Shown here: piece by piece, positions 39,270-50,691 of the stretch
How positions within the stretch are numbered: position 1 is the stretch's first letter
Layout: each line of letters begins with the position of its first letter
Source of the DNA: Paramoeba atlantica
Taxonomy: Eukaryota > Protista > Discosea
Direction: 5' to 3'
Length of the DNA stretch: 64,000 nucleotides
Assembly: GCA_977017575.1 (NCBI GenBank)
Contig: CDRNVI010000026.1
Span: 1-64,000 of the forward strand
The notes under the pieces: generated by a model
What the model saw: only the letters and a program-made list of their open reading frames with translations
Told to the model about the DNA's origin: nothing
Databases searched by the model: none
Position numbers and translations under genes: made by a program

Positions 39270-40674
39270 CACCTATTTTTTGGGCGTCATTTTGGGAGAC
39301 GTGTCACGGCTTCAAGAAGGGGTATCTTGTGAAAACAACGGCGTAGAAAGCTAGTATTGTTCCCAAACTCTCAAACTACTATAGGTGAAACGATTCGAAA
39401 AATTATTTTTACCCATGTTTTTCGCCAAGTTAACATTTTTTTCAAATTTCTTTTCAGAAAAAAACGAACTTGGCAGCCCCATCCTGTTGATACCAGGGGG
39501 AGTCGTCCCCGAGTACGGTGGAAAATGTGCGCCAAGACCTCGGCTACCCCTTCTGGTGGTTTATTTCGAAAAGTTTTTTTTCAAACGACGGAGACCAAGT
39601 TTTTTTCGTGAGTTGAATTCCAACACGTTACAGCGTGTGCTGTGCTAATTTTCCAATATAAAACTTGAAATTCACTCATTTCTTCGTTAGCCTGAGAGTT
39701 GTAACACATTTTGCTTTCGCTGCTCACTTCGAATTCTTCCATATACCACCATATCACCACAGACGCATTACCCCCCTCTAAGGTGTTGGTAACCTGTTCT
39801 GGGCCGTGAAGATGCCCTATGAGCTTCTCGATATGGCGCTTCACGGGCCCATAGATCATCCGAGGGCGCAAAGGTGTATTTTCCAAGCGTCGCGTGGATG
39901 CTCTCTGAGCATAATATTTTTGAATCGCTTCGTTAAACGCGGTGGTTGTTTTCAACTTAGAAGTCGCTTCATGCTGCATTGAACGAAGTACGATGGAAGT
40001 ACGATGATGAAATTTTAACCCAAATTTGGGCCGTTTTTGATCCCTGACCAGTAGGGGTAGGAGGCGAATCTGTCGAAAGAAACGTCGCAGAATGGTAGCT
40101 GAAATCCAAAACTCTTAAAATACGTTTTAGGAGTCCATTTTGGAAAAGTAATATTTTTACTTTTTTTTAAGTAATCCCAAAACTTTTTTTTTGGGAGTTT
40201 TTTTTCGTCATCCCAAAAATTTCAGATATTTTGACCTTGTCGGACCCCTCCTGCGCGTACCAGGGGGGGTCACCCCCAGGGGCGGGGGTGGAAAATTATC
40301 GCCGCGGCCTACTCTTCCACTTCCCTGCGCTCGATTTTGAAAAGTAAAAAATTCGAAAACGAATTCGCGACGTATGCGCTCCCCCCTGGACCCCCCCCAC
40401 CTGAACCCCCCCTGGACCCCCCCCTGGACCCCCCCTGGACCCCCCCTGGACCCCCCCTGGACCCCCTCCTAGACCCCCGCCCTAGACCCCCCCTAGACCC
40501 CCCCTAGACCCCCCATTTTTTTGAATCTTTTTTTTCAGTTTTGGACCACCGGAGCCTCCTTCTATATTTTTTTCTTCTATTATATTACTGTGTTTCTCTT
40601 TATATTTTCACTGTTTTTGTTCATTTTTGTTTTCGATAATCGAGGGTAGAGCGGTAGTTATACAACCACCGCAA
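39270..40674 (+). repeat. Rearranged composite copy of family A
   Basis: 39270-39600 resembles 420-725; 39928-39980 resembles 72-120; 40010-40674 resembles 14690-15236, with an expanded CCCCCCTGGA/CCCCCCTAGA tract. Confidence 0.8.
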
Positions 40675-40919
40675 TGTAGATGTACTATGTAAAAGTAATT
40701 CTATTTACTATGTAAATTAGAAAGAAATTGAATTTCAATTACCTCTCTTCGAGTTGAGGAAAGGAAAAATTGTAAATACCTACGGAGGGTTTACGAAACA
40801 CCAAGTAAAAGCACAGAAAAACTTAGAAATCACTCTGACTTCAAAAATTCAAAATTAACCTTCACTTTAAAACGTCTTCTTACACACTTTAATGACAACT
40901 TCTAGTATCTGTTTCTTTT

Positions 40920-41132
40920 TCATCCCTTAAAATGAACGCTGGAGGCGCGCTGTGCTTCTTCCGCTTTGGTGAAACACACATGTGTCAGCCTTTTCTTCGA
41001 TACGACTGTGACAAAATCAACAGTCCCGTACAGAGAGTAATACTTTGTTATGTCTTCTTTGGTCATTAATAAGGGAAGATTTGCAATTATGATTGATCGC
41101 TCATCACGCTCCCCACGCGCAGAGTACAACAC
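40920..41132 (-). pseudogene. RRM-domain fragment
   Basis: SIIIANLP..MTKEDI..YYSLYGTV..VTV......VCF...EEA resembles RNP2/RNP1; no ATG; antisense to the cluster. Confidence 0.45.
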
Positions 41133-41252
41133 GTCAAGTGAACCAATGTACTAGTCCCACTTGCGCTTTGCATCCCTTTCCTTTGTCCGAAATACTGTCC
41201 TTGATTTAATTCACTCTCCGAAGACATACTCCTCCTCTCATTAATTTTTATA

Positions 41253-41431
41253 CTGTCCCCCCCCTTTAAGCGCACCCGGTCAGACCCCCCCGTTTAAGCG
41301 CACATAGAGTTGAAGGAAAGAGCCCGGCGCCGCGAAGCGGCGCCAATTTTTTTTTTATGTAGTGATTCAGACCCCCCCGTTTAAGCGCGCTTTTCGCGGA
41401 AAGCGAGGTGCGCTTAAACGGGGGGGGACAG
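41253..41431. mobile_element. 179-bp MITE with ~25-bp TIRs and TA duplication
   Basis: TA|CTGTCCCCCCCCTTTAAGCGCACC ... GGTGCGCTTAAACGGGGGGGGACAG|TA; two internal CAGACCCCCC(C)GTTTAAGCGC copies. Confidence 0.85.
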
Positions 41432-42015
41432 TAAATATAGATTATAACAAAAATGAAAATTTATATTTATATTTATAATAATTAATGAGAGAGGGTAGGT
41501 GGAAGGAGGGTGATATACAACAGTTTAGATGATAGGATGAACCAATTTGTTTCGCTGTAAGGATAGATTGCGGGTAAGCGAGGATGATAATTATGAGATG
41601 TTAACTATAAATATTTGATTAAGCGCCCATAGAGTAATGAAGGGAGGGCTAATGTACAAAAGGCAGATCTGTACTTTCTGGAGAAAATTCTTCCTGTCCC
41701 TTCGTCTCCATAAGCGTGATTATGCGCTGATTTCTACGAATTTCTCCGTGATCAGCGATGCGCTGCGGGGAAAAATAAAAGCCAAGCCCGTTGTCCGAAG
41801 TGCGGTCCAAACGTTTCGGGGATATAGAAATAATGTACTTGAGAAAAACTTAAAAGGATATGACTCTGAACAAAATTATAAATTTTTGCAGAAATATAAA
41901 TGCTTGCAAAAAAAACCAAAGGTCATTTATAAAAATTAATGAGAGGGGGAGTAGTAAAGTATGCGAAGAATTTTGGAAATTTTTTTCGCAAAAAGTTTTG
42001 CAAAAGTTTCGCGTT

Positions 42016-42203
42016 GTATGCCCCCCCCATGGACCCCCCCATGGACCCCCCAATTTTTTTTTTTTCAGATTTGGACCACCGGGGTCCGTTTTATATTTTT
42101 TTCTTCTATTATATTACTGTGTTCCTCTTTATAAATTTTCACTGGTTTGGTTCACTTTTTTTTTCAGTAATTGAGGGTAGAGCGGTAGTTATACAACCAC
42201 CAC
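42016..42203 (+). repeat. 3' portion of family A repeat
   Basis: CCCCCCCATGGA tract, TTGGACCACCG, TTCTATTATATTACTGTG and GAGGGTAGAGCGGTAGTTATACAACCACC. Confidence 0.85.
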
Positions 42204-42448
42204 CAGGCACACTGCGAAGGTGACAGTCTGTTCTACTAGGCAGCCGTATTCTCTCGATTTTAAAAAATTGAAATAAACTTTTTTAAAGTTTTATCGAAAA
42301 ATTATGTAAATAAATTACCATGTGTATAGTAACTTTGCTGTATAGTAACTTTATTCGCAAAAGAAATAAAGTACTTTATTAAAGTTTCCGCGAACCCTGG
42401 ATAAGATTACTGATACTTGTTTTTTGATGCTTTCTATACTTTGTATGT

Positions 42449-44497
42449 ATGATAACGTTGAAAAATAGAATTAAAGAATATGGAGTTTTATTGAGTGGGT
42501 TTTCCGAAACCTCCTATTACACGGCCGGGTGCATCCTTCATTATCGATCCCGAGGATTTCGTGTGAAGAGATGGAGTGAAATAGTCTTCACTGATATTCA
42601 GATTCGGAATCGACTCATGTTGCTCTTTCTTTTATCGGACCTTCCTCAACGGAAGTTGGATCTTGCCGATTTCGTCAAGCATCCTGAACAGGAGCACCAT
42701 CAGAATCTTCTACACAGTATTTCCCGAGGCTACGAGACTACGTTCCTTCCAATACAATTGACGAATAGGAACCTAAGTAAAATTGATAATTGGAACGAGT
42801 ATTGCTTAGGTCGCTCTTATCTAAATTTCGCTACACCGAATGAAATACAACAGCAAAATGCTTTGCAACGTAAAAAAAGTACACATTCTCAACTGCCTTT
42901 AAGTGTGAGAGTGGTTGCCCTCTTGGTTTTAACTCCCGACGCATGCCCTATCCTATCACATGTATTTCTAGGGGATGCTGATTCGCAAGTTGGTATAGAA
43001 AGTTGTTTGCCTCTAAAAGCAATTCAATACAGAACACTTATTTCTGCATTGAAGCATTTAGAAATGCAGTGGAAAGCTAATGAAATCGTCATACGAAAAA
43101 TTGCCTTGAGAAACATAGAAAATTCTGTAATTCGAATAACACATTCGAATTCTCTACAATCTGAGATACTGCAAATAGTGCATAATGTCGCGAGCACGTG
43201 TACACGTACTTTCCAAGGCCAGACCAGGTTACCCACAATGGACGAGAGGACAGACATATATTTTATGGTTCGCGCGATGTCAATGTTATCCCTTCATCGA
43301 TTACTGTATCCGAATGAAACATCGCCATCATTAACATCAGACACTCTTGAGGAAGTACTATGTGCGTGCGCTACGCATTTGTATGAGTGCGAATCGCTGG
43401 GCTTGTATGACAAATCAATGTTCAGCCTGACAATTCACATTTTTGAGGCACTTATGATTCTTCGTCGTGCAATCATTGCCTTAAGCAAAACTGATTCGCT
43501 CACAGAGCGGGAAAGTTTTTTGATAAAACGAATTAGCGAAGTAATAACAAAGAAAATAACAGATTTACAAAAAGAGTTTAATTCAGGAGATCCCACTCTG
43601 GAAGAGTGCGTTGAATACTCACAATATGTCAACATTTGCTTTTCGGAAGGTTCGCCAAAATTATCAAAAATAGCACTCATAATTTTCGATAGACTGCGCT
43701 TGACATACAAATCTGCGCAGCTTCGAGTCACAGAGAGAGAACTAAACACGGAGAAGAAAGACCCCAATAAGGACAATTTTATCGAATTCGTGAAGTTGCA
43801 TGGGCTCATACTCCACGTCTATTACCAACGAATCTTGCTGGATGCTTTCGAGGAGACCGGGTGCACCAAGTATCTGGATGAAGCCTTGACTCTAGGCAAT
43901 GTAATCGACGATGTCTTTTTCTTCACAGCAGCCTCTGTGAAAAAATTTCTTCCCAACATCCGTGCTAAGGGATACTATTGCGATCTCGCAGTCCGTGAAA
44001 GAATGTTTTTTCCCGTAGTACAGCACTGCGACGATATAAATCAGCCGTGTGCAGTTGCCGTATTACTTCAGAATTTGCACCGTTTGAATCACATGCGCCA
44101 TCCACTAAAATCTGAATACCGTGCGAAATTAAACACCTCCTTATCACATATAGTACCCATAATAAAAAAGAATCCAGAAAAATATTTGCAGCTCATTCAC
44201 TGTGCGTTGCTTTGTTCGAAGAGTCCTTTCCTTGTAATTGTTGCAAATAAAGGCAATACCCACGAAGGACTTCGGAATATTATTGATGCTATTCCCACAA
44301 ACAGATTGTCCATCATAATGCGTAATACGAATCCGTCACACCCTGATTTTCTTCACCCATTCGCAATGCATCCCGTTTTTCGAAATATCACCATGTCTTC
44401 TTCAAACTTTGTTGTGTGTATTGGCGATACCGCTGTAGCCCACTGCGATTCAATCTCTGAACTGGAGGATGCGTTGCGAAAAGAGCGCAACATGTAA
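42449..44497 (+). CDS. Divergent SPATA20/YyaL-like helical-repeat protein
   Basis: 682 aa; EETGCTKYLDEALTL..IDDVFF and DDINQPCAVAVLLQNLHRL loosely recall the SPATA20 C-terminal motifs. Confidence 0.45.
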   Translation: MITLKNRIKEYGVLLSGFSETSYYTAGCILHYRSRGFRVKRWSEIVFTDIQIRNRLMLLFLLSDLPQRKLDLADFVKHPEQEHHQNLLHSISRGYETTFLPIQLTNRNLSKIDNWNEYCLGRSYLNFATPNEIQQQNALQRKKSTHSQLPLSVRVVALLVLTPDACPILSHVFLGDADSQVGIESCLPLKAIQYRTLISALKHLEMQWKANEIVIRKIALRNIENSVIRITHSNSLQSEILQIVHNVASTCTRTFQGQTRLPTMDERTDIYFMVRAMSMLSLHRLLYPNETSPSLTSDTLEEVLCACATHLYECESLGLYDKSMFSLTIHIFEALMILRRAIIALSKTDSLTERESFLIKRISEVITKKITDLQKEFNSGDPTLEECVEYSQYVNICFSEGSPKLSKIALIIFDRLRLTYKSAQLRVTERELNTEKKDPNKDNFIEFVKLHGLILHVYYQRILLDAFEETGCTKYLDEALTLGNVIDDVFFFTAASVKKFLPNIRAKGYYCDLAVRERMFFPVVQHCDDINQPCAVAVLLQNLHRLNHMRHPLKSEYRAKLNTSLSHIVPIIKKNPEKYLQLIHCALLCSKSPFLVIVANKGNTHEGLRNIIDAIPTNRLSIIMRNTNPSHPDFLHPFAMHPVFRNITMSSSNFVVCIGDTAVAHCDSISELEDALRKERNM

Positions 44498-44879
44498 TTT
44501 CCAATTTGACCTAACGTTTACATACCAGAAGGAGTAGCGTTATTTTTACACATGATTCTTCTCTACTAGAAAAATATCGTGAAACGGAGCTTTCCTGTGC
44601 CAACCAAAACATTCTAAACGTACTCCATTAAACGTACTCCATTCGGACGCCACATTAACTCCCTAATCCCCTCGACATTATCGTATGAGATCCACGTATT
44701 GCGGACCGGACAAGAAATTCGAGAGTTCACTTGCCATCCTCTTTCCATACGACAACTGTTTAATATGAATCTCCTTTCTACTTCTCTGTAGAAGTGGTAT
44801 GGCTAGAATTCCATTATCAAACATTTGTAATCTCAAACCTTAACTTTAGAAAGGTATACTATATCTTTAGCGGGTCTTA

Positions 44880-46385
44880 ATGGAGCCTGATGAGGCGCGT
44901 GCCATAGAGCATCTTCGTCGTCTGTTATGCAGTACCGAGCAACAGGATAATTTGATATTTTTAGACAACAGCGCTTTAGAAAATCAGAGGTTGATTGCCC
45001 AACAGTTAATTAGATACCCGTCCCTGTTAGAGTGGGAAAAAATATGTTCGCTGTACCAACTTACTCAGAATAAAGATTCATGTTCTCCAGCGCTGGAGAA
45101 AGTCGCTCCATTTGATTCAATGATACGTGAGCGGACTGCAGGAGTAGAAAAAGATTGTAACTGGAAAGTGGGAATACATCTTGTTCAAGAAGGTCGTTCG
45201 GCTGTATGCATACTCGCTGGAGGTATGGGAACACGATTAGGATCCAACATGCCTAAGGGCATGTTACCATTATCCGGACTTTTGTCACATGACTCAGTAT
45301 TCGCTTTCATAATGAAGAAAATACGCCGTGTAAAACATCTTGCCGATGCTTCGACCACTCCACTTCCCGTTCTTATAATGACAAGCGACGCGACTCACGA
45401 CCTGACAAAACATTTTTTTGAAGTTCACAACTTTTTTGACCTCAATCCGGACCATATTCATTTTGTAGAGCAGTCTATGCTACCGTGCTTCACCATTAAA
45501 AATGGCACACCTCAGTACGTATTCGATACCTCATCGATAGCCATGTCACCCTGTGGTAATGGTGATCTCTACGCCACACTGGCTCGCTCTGGAATGCTGT
45601 GCAAGCTTAAGGAGGAGTACAACACGGAGTATCTCCATATTTTAAATGTAGACAACCCACTCGCTCGGGTAGCCGATCCCTATCTCTCCGGCTACATGAA
45701 GGCAAATAACTTAGACTTCGCGGCCAAGTATGTGGGCCGTGAAGACCCCAGTGAGTCCGTGGGTGTGTTTGTAGTAAGTCGAAGGCGAGATTGTGAAAAA
45801 GGGGTTTCTGCGGCTCCCGATGAATACTCAACATGGAAATGCCATGTTGCTGAATATACGGAGCTTGATGAGGCCAGTCAACAGAAACGGAAACCCAACG
45901 GAGAGCTTTATTATTTGTGCGCGAATATTGGCATGTATTGTGTAAGCATGAAACTGGTTCTTTCCCTTTGCGGTGATTCCTTAGGACGTCCTTCTGTAAA
46001 TTTGCCCATGCATTTAGCTACGAAGAGACACCCTACTCAGCGGAGTGAAACAGGTTTTGTGAACATCGTTAAATTAGAGTCGTATGTATTTGATATCATT
46101 TCTTATGCGAAGCACGTTGGACTTCTAAACGTCGAACGCTGTGAAGAATTTAGTCCAGTGAAGTGCGCGGATTCGACTAACACGATTGAATGTAACACAC
46201 CCAGAAGGGCTGCAGAGGACATCATGTCCCTTCACGAAAGCTGGTTGAGAGCGGTCGGAGCCATTATTATACCCAATAATGATGGTATTTATCGAGTTGA
46301 AATCTCACCTTTGATAAGCTACGACGGCGAGGGGCTAGAAAAATACAAAGGCAGACAAATTAGTTCTCCTTGTTATTTGAATTAA
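44880..46385 (+). CDS. UAP1: UDP-N-acetylglucosamine pyrophosphorylase
   Basis: LAGGMGTRLG..PKG, PCGNGDLY, NVDNPL, KLESYVFD, EFSPVK. Confidence 0.93.
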   Translation: MEPDEARAIEHLRRLLCSTEQQDNLIFLDNSALENQRLIAQQLIRYPSLLEWEKICSLYQLTQNKDSCSPALEKVAPFDSMIRERTAGVEKDCNWKVGIHLVQEGRSAVCILAGGMGTRLGSNMPKGMLPLSGLLSHDSVFAFIMKKIRRVKHLADASTTPLPVLIMTSDATHDLTKHFFEVHNFFDLNPDHIHFVEQSMLPCFTIKNGTPQYVFDTSSIAMSPCGNGDLYATLARSGMLCKLKEEYNTEYLHILNVDNPLARVADPYLSGYMKANNLDFAAKYVGREDPSESVGVFVVSRRRDCEKGVSAAPDEYSTWKCHVAEYTELDEASQQKRKPNGELYYLCANIGMYCVSMKLVLSLCGDSLGRPSVNLPMHLATKRHPTQRSETGFVNIVKLESYVFDIISYAKHVGLLNVERCEEFSPVKCADSTNTIECNTPRRAAEDIMSLHESWLRAVGAIIIPNNDGIYRVEISPLISYDGEGLEKYKGRQISSPCYLN

Positions 46386-46857
46386 GAATTCCTTTATTCG
46401 CTGCTAGATGTTCGGGTACGTATCTACTTCGTTGACGGGTCAAGCAAATGGCATCCACTTCGTTGACAGTCGGATTTACTTTCAGTAATGCTCTTTTTTG
46501 GGGAAAAAGTCCCTTTTCACCCTTTTTATTCTACTGTAGCATTGAAATCACATCAACGAATCTTGAATTGTATTCCAATCTTCACTCTCCTTCAAAGTCA
46601 TGTTATATGTCTTAGTAGTCTTCATCCCTCTCTACTTCATCTTTTTCCACTTCATCTCTTACAGACATTAGCACCAACATTTAGCGCCAAGTGGCAGGAC
46701 TCGTGGTAGCCAAGTGGCATTCGTACTCCCTCCTTTGTAACAAACCTATATAAACCTATACCTTACTTATACCTTTCGTGCTATGATTCACGACTCGATG
46801 TTTTCATAGTTCGATTTGTTTTTATAGATTTGAGAAATTTTATCGTTGGAAAAGAGC

Positions 46858-49800
46858 ATGCCTTCGAAAAGGAAAGTGTCAACGCCGAAGGCGAAAAGCA
46901 TAGGTGCGAAGAAAGAAATGAGCCCCGAAAAACGATCAACGAAGGCACGAGCAAAGAAAACGACACAGCCTAACAATGATGTGGAAGCAAAAAAGGAAAC
47001 CCGAAAGCGGACAAGTCCGCAACCAGAGTCTAGTAACGTGGAACCAAGAGAAAAACCGACAAAAAAGAAAGAGCCCCATAAGAGCGGATCAAAATCACAC
47101 ACAGAGAAAGATGGGTGTTCCAACACAGACGAAGACGTACGATCTATTGTCGTGAGTGCGTTTCAAAAAGCTCAACGCACTTCGGGATCTCATAACGCTC
47201 AGCGGAAAGTGTGTATGAAACTTCGCGCCTCCCTCTCTCACTCCGGCCTACTTACGCACACCATGTCTTCCTTCCTACTTCGGCTCTACACGGAGGTCTC
47301 CTCCTTACCCACAGACGCTATGAACCGACTGATGAGTTTCCTACGTGACTACGTGCTGGAATGTCACCGTGAAGACAAAAACGACAACGAGGGGGTGGCT
47401 CTAATTGAGTTCTTCCTGCCCTATGAGAACGCGATGGAGAAACACACACGGCTACGTGTGCTTCACACGCTCCACACCCTTCTGGAGACCCTGGACTATC
47501 GCCAATCCCGTCACGCGCTCTATGACACTCTCGTTGATATCCTGAGGCGTAGGATCCATGATAAGGCCCCCGCAGTGGCTGAGCGGGCGGTAAAAACTTG
47601 TGCATGTTTTATTTCCCAGGAGGATGTGGTACAGCATCTATTGGGAGTGCTGTGCTCCCATGAGAGCTCGGCGGTACGCGCTGCAGCCGTCGCGGCGCTC
47701 ACCCAACACCCTCCGAATGACACAGCGGTGGTACCGCACGTGCTGCGCTGTGTGCGGGACGTAAGCGCTGTGGTGCGTCGTGAGGCATGGGAGGGGCTGG
47801 GGCGGCTGAAGTGGAACCGATTTGTGGCGTACTCCGGGGACCAGGTACTGTTTTATCTCCACCATGGACTGCAAGAGACCTCCACGGCGCTGCGTACTGC
47901 GGTAGCGACCACCGTGCTCTCCTCCTGGACTACTCGGGATAACCACAATGATATTGATGCTATGCTCGCCCCGATGGATCTGTCGAATTACACTCACGTG
48001 GACACGGTGGTGGGTCGGCTGCTGGCGCATGTCGCACGGATTGAGCCCAGCCGCGGACGTGTGCCTTTGCGGTTGACAAAACTCACCACACAAAACACGC
48101 TGTTGTGGCGATTGTCGGTGGATAGCTGGAATGAGGCCCCCAGGGTTAAGGAGACCGCGTCCGAGAGCACGACAAAGAGTACCGGCGAGGTGTACGACAT
48201 GAAGATTGGTGAATACATTTCTCTTTTGCATGGGATTGCGATTCAAATCCATGATCCGAGCAAGGAGTGTGTGGCGGGGGACGTTCCCATCCATATACTG
48301 GACTTTGAAAACCAAAGCCTCTCCATTGTTCGAGAGTTACTTTTAACACTTCCATTATTTGAAAGCCGTGGGCTTTTACAAACTGCTACGGATAAGGATC
48401 GCTCGAAGTTACGCACAACGTTTGCTTTACTGTTCACAGCTGCCGTGGAAGACGACGCTCGAATTCTAGTAAAGGAGTGCATGCATTCCGCTCCACTGGT
48501 GATGCAGCAGGATGACTTAGTGGCGCTGCTAACACATAGTTTAGAGCGATTGTACAGTCACCTGGGCGTCGTGTCCCGAAACCGAATCTGTCTGGACGAC
48601 GTAGAAGCCTACATTCAAGCCGAATCGAAGAGAGGTTCGGTGAAGGCGTCTCGAATTTCTCCCGAAGTTGAACGTGAAATTGAGGTCGATACCGTATACC
48701 TGCTACGAATGGCATACATTGTACATTGCTGGCTCGGTATTCATCGAAAGAAGGGGGTCTCCATTCCGAGCACATTTTTACAGATTTTGAAGCTTTGTCG
48801 AGAGAGCTCACTCTCGTCTGACGTTAAGGCACAGGCCATACGTGCGACGGCAATGGTGTGTTTTCTTCATGCCGACACCGTAAGTACCTTCTTTAATGTG
48901 ATTCATAAGAACCTTCACGATTCTCACAGCACCATATCGAGCGCTTCAGCGGAGGCTATTATCGATCTCATGTGCGAGTACGGAGTAAAAATATTTATGC
49001 CCACAACAACGAAAAGTGATAGCGCGGCTCTTGTAGCTGAAAGAGAAGCCACCTCCCAGGAACTCTACGCCAAACTCCTCAATGAGCTCTTGCAGGGCGA
49101 CAAAAACCAACTCCCCATCCACGTCGGGATCTGCAAACTCCTCTCCTGTGGCCGAATTAAAGTCGAGGACAGCACGGCAGTAATGACCCCCCTGCTCGAG
49201 CACCTTTTCCGCCAACAATTTCTCCAAGACAAAACCCACAAACACCACCCCGAGGACCTACGCTCGATCCAATGCCTGGACACGTTCTTCACCCTCTACG
49301 CCCACTCCCACCCCCGCCGCATGTACGCCGTCGCCCAATCCGCCATCGCGGTCCTCCAATCCCTCCTCCCCCACCCCGCACTCACCCGTCAAGACTTCCG
49401 CAAAATCTGGCAACGCATCCTCTACCTCACCGATGCCTGGCACCTCTCCTGTGTCCGCCAACTCGACCCCGAGGCCTCCGTGAAATACTCCCTCTCCCGC
49501 GAGGGCGAACCCCCCCACAGTGAGGACGAACTCGACAACAACAACAACAACAACAACAACAACACGCTTCCCCCCCACAGCAAAAGTAACAACACGAACC
49601 GTACCCGCGCCCACTCCCCCTACCCCTCCCCCTCCCCCTACGGCCGCTCCCTCTCCCGCGAGCTCTCCCGGTGCAGCTGCCACGAGCGCCTCACGCTCGC
49701 GATGCTCATCGAGGCCCTGTGCCTTCCCCGGCCCGTGGCCGCGGCCCGGGTCCTCCCCGGGCTCACCGCGATCCGGGTCTATAAGCGGGACCCGGTGCTG

Positions 49801-50691
49801 CTGGCGCAGCTGCGGGTGGCCGCGCTGCGGTGCGTGGGGGGGGTGGCCGCGGGGAGTGCGGAGCTGCAGCGGCCGCTGCGGGCACTGCTGCGCGCGCTGG
49901 GGAGGGTGGAGGGGGGGGAGGGGGGGGTGGAGCCGGGGAGGCCACAGGGACAGGGGGGAGGGGGGGAGGGGGTAGAGGGGACACGGGAGGGCTCGGGGGT
50001 AAGGGGGAACGGGGGTAAGGGGGTGGAGGGGTACCCTGGGGGGACACGGGAGGGGTCGGGGGTAAGGGGGGACGGGGGTAAGGGGGTAGAGGGGTACCCT
50101 GGGGGGACACGGGAGGGGTCGGGGGTAAGTCGGGGGAACGGGTGGGGGGTGGATTATGGTGTGGCTACGTATTTGTCCTCCCGTGCGGTGTCGGTGGCGA
50201 CGACACGGAATATGGAGGATACGGTAACCGCGATGGTGGAGATGAGGATGGGGAGGGGGAGGGGGGTGTTGGGGGTTTCGCGAAAGGGGGTGAAGGAGGT
50301 GGGGGGAGAGAAGGAGGACAGGGTAAAAGATGAGGATGCGGAAGAGGAAACGGTGTTGAGTGGGAAGAGACGAGGGGTGGCGGCGGGGAAGGAGGATGGA
50401 GATTCTGTGGGGACGAAGAAAGTATCGGGCAAGAAAGCGGCAAGTGTGGCGAAGTCTCCGCGTTCGTCTCGCAGTTCTATACGGGAGAGTGCAAAGTCAG
50501 CCTCTCAGCGGAGTTCCTTGCGGAAGGGATCACAGGAGATAGGTCCACGAAGAAAAGGAGAGCAAAGTTTTTCATCAGCTGCGTCTCCAATGTCTACGCA
50601 TTCCATGAGTATGAGGAGTAGTAGAAAAGGTGCGACGGCGTGCGAAGAAGTTTTCGTATCATCGCAGAGAAGTACAAGGAAAGGTAGATGA
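46858..50691 (+). CDS. NCAPG: Condensin complex subunit 3 (CAP-G/Ycg1), HEAT repeats
   Basis: RIHDKAPAVAERAV, HESSAVRAAAV, RCVRDVSAVVRREA, later AIIDLMCEYG and GICKLLSCGRI; low-complexity tail. Confidence 0.8.
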   Translation: MPSKRKVSTPKAKSIGAKKEMSPEKRSTKARAKKTTQPNNDVEAKKETRKRTSPQPESSNVEPREKPTKKKEPHKSGSKSHTEKDGCSNTDEDVRSIVVSAFQKAQRTSGSHNAQRKVCMKLRASLSHSGLLTHTMSSFLLRLYTEVSSLPTDAMNRLMSFLRDYVLECHREDKNDNEGVALIEFFLPYENAMEKHTRLRVLHTLHTLLETLDYRQSRHALYDTLVDILRRRIHDKAPAVAERAVKTCACFISQEDVVQHLLGVLCSHESSAVRAAAVAALTQHPPNDTAVVPHVLRCVRDVSAVVRREAWEGLGRLKWNRFVAYSGDQVLFYLHHGLQETSTALRTAVATTVLSSWTTRDNHNDIDAMLAPMDLSNYTHVDTVVGRLLAHVARIEPSRGRVPLRLTKLTTQNTLLWRLSVDSWNEAPRVKETASESTTKSTGEVYDMKIGEYISLLHGIAIQIHDPSKECVAGDVPIHILDFENQSLSIVRELLLTLPLFESRGLLQTATDKDRSKLRTTFALLFTAAVEDDARILVKECMHSAPLVMQQDDLVALLTHSLERLYSHLGVVSRNRICLDDVEAYIQAESKRGSVKASRISPEVEREIEVDTVYLLRMAYIVHCWLGIHRKKGVSIPSTFLQILKLCRESSLSSDVKAQAIRATAMVCFLHADTVSTFFNVIHKNLHDSHSTISSASAEAIIDLMCEYGVKIFMPTTTKSDSAALVAEREATSQELYAKLLNELLQGDKNQLPIHVGICKLLSCGRIKVEDSTAVMTPLLEHLFRQQFLQDKTHKHHPEDLRSIQCLDTFFTLYAHSHPRRMYAVAQSAIAVLQSLLPHPALTRQDFRKIWQRILYLTDAWHLSCVRQLDPEASVKYSLSREGEPPHSEDELDNNNNNNNNNTLPPHSKSNNTNRTRAHSPYPSPSPYGRSLSRELSRCSCHERLTLAMLIEALCLPRPVAAARVLPGLTAIRVYKRDPVLLAQLRVAALRCVGGVAAGSAELQRPLRALLRALGRVEGGEGGVEPGRPQGQGGGGEGVEGTREGSGVRGNGGKGVEGYPGGTREGSGVRGDGGKGVEGYPGGTREGSGVSRGNGWGVDYGVATYLSSRAVSVATTRNMEDTVTAMVEMRMGRGRGVLGVSRKGVKEVGGEKEDRVKDEDAEEETVLSGKRRGVAAGKEDGDSVGTKKVSGKKAASVAKSPRSSRSSIRESAKSASQRSSLRKGSQEIGPRRKGEQSFSSAASPMSTHSMSMRSSRKGATACEEVFVSSQRSTRKGR
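49978..50130 (+). repeat. 63-bp (21 aa) G-rich tandem repeat, ~2.4 copies, in the condensin tail
   Basis: GTREGSGVRG(N/D)GGKGVEGYPG units; ACACGGG anchor at 49981, 50044 and 50107. Confidence 0.9.
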
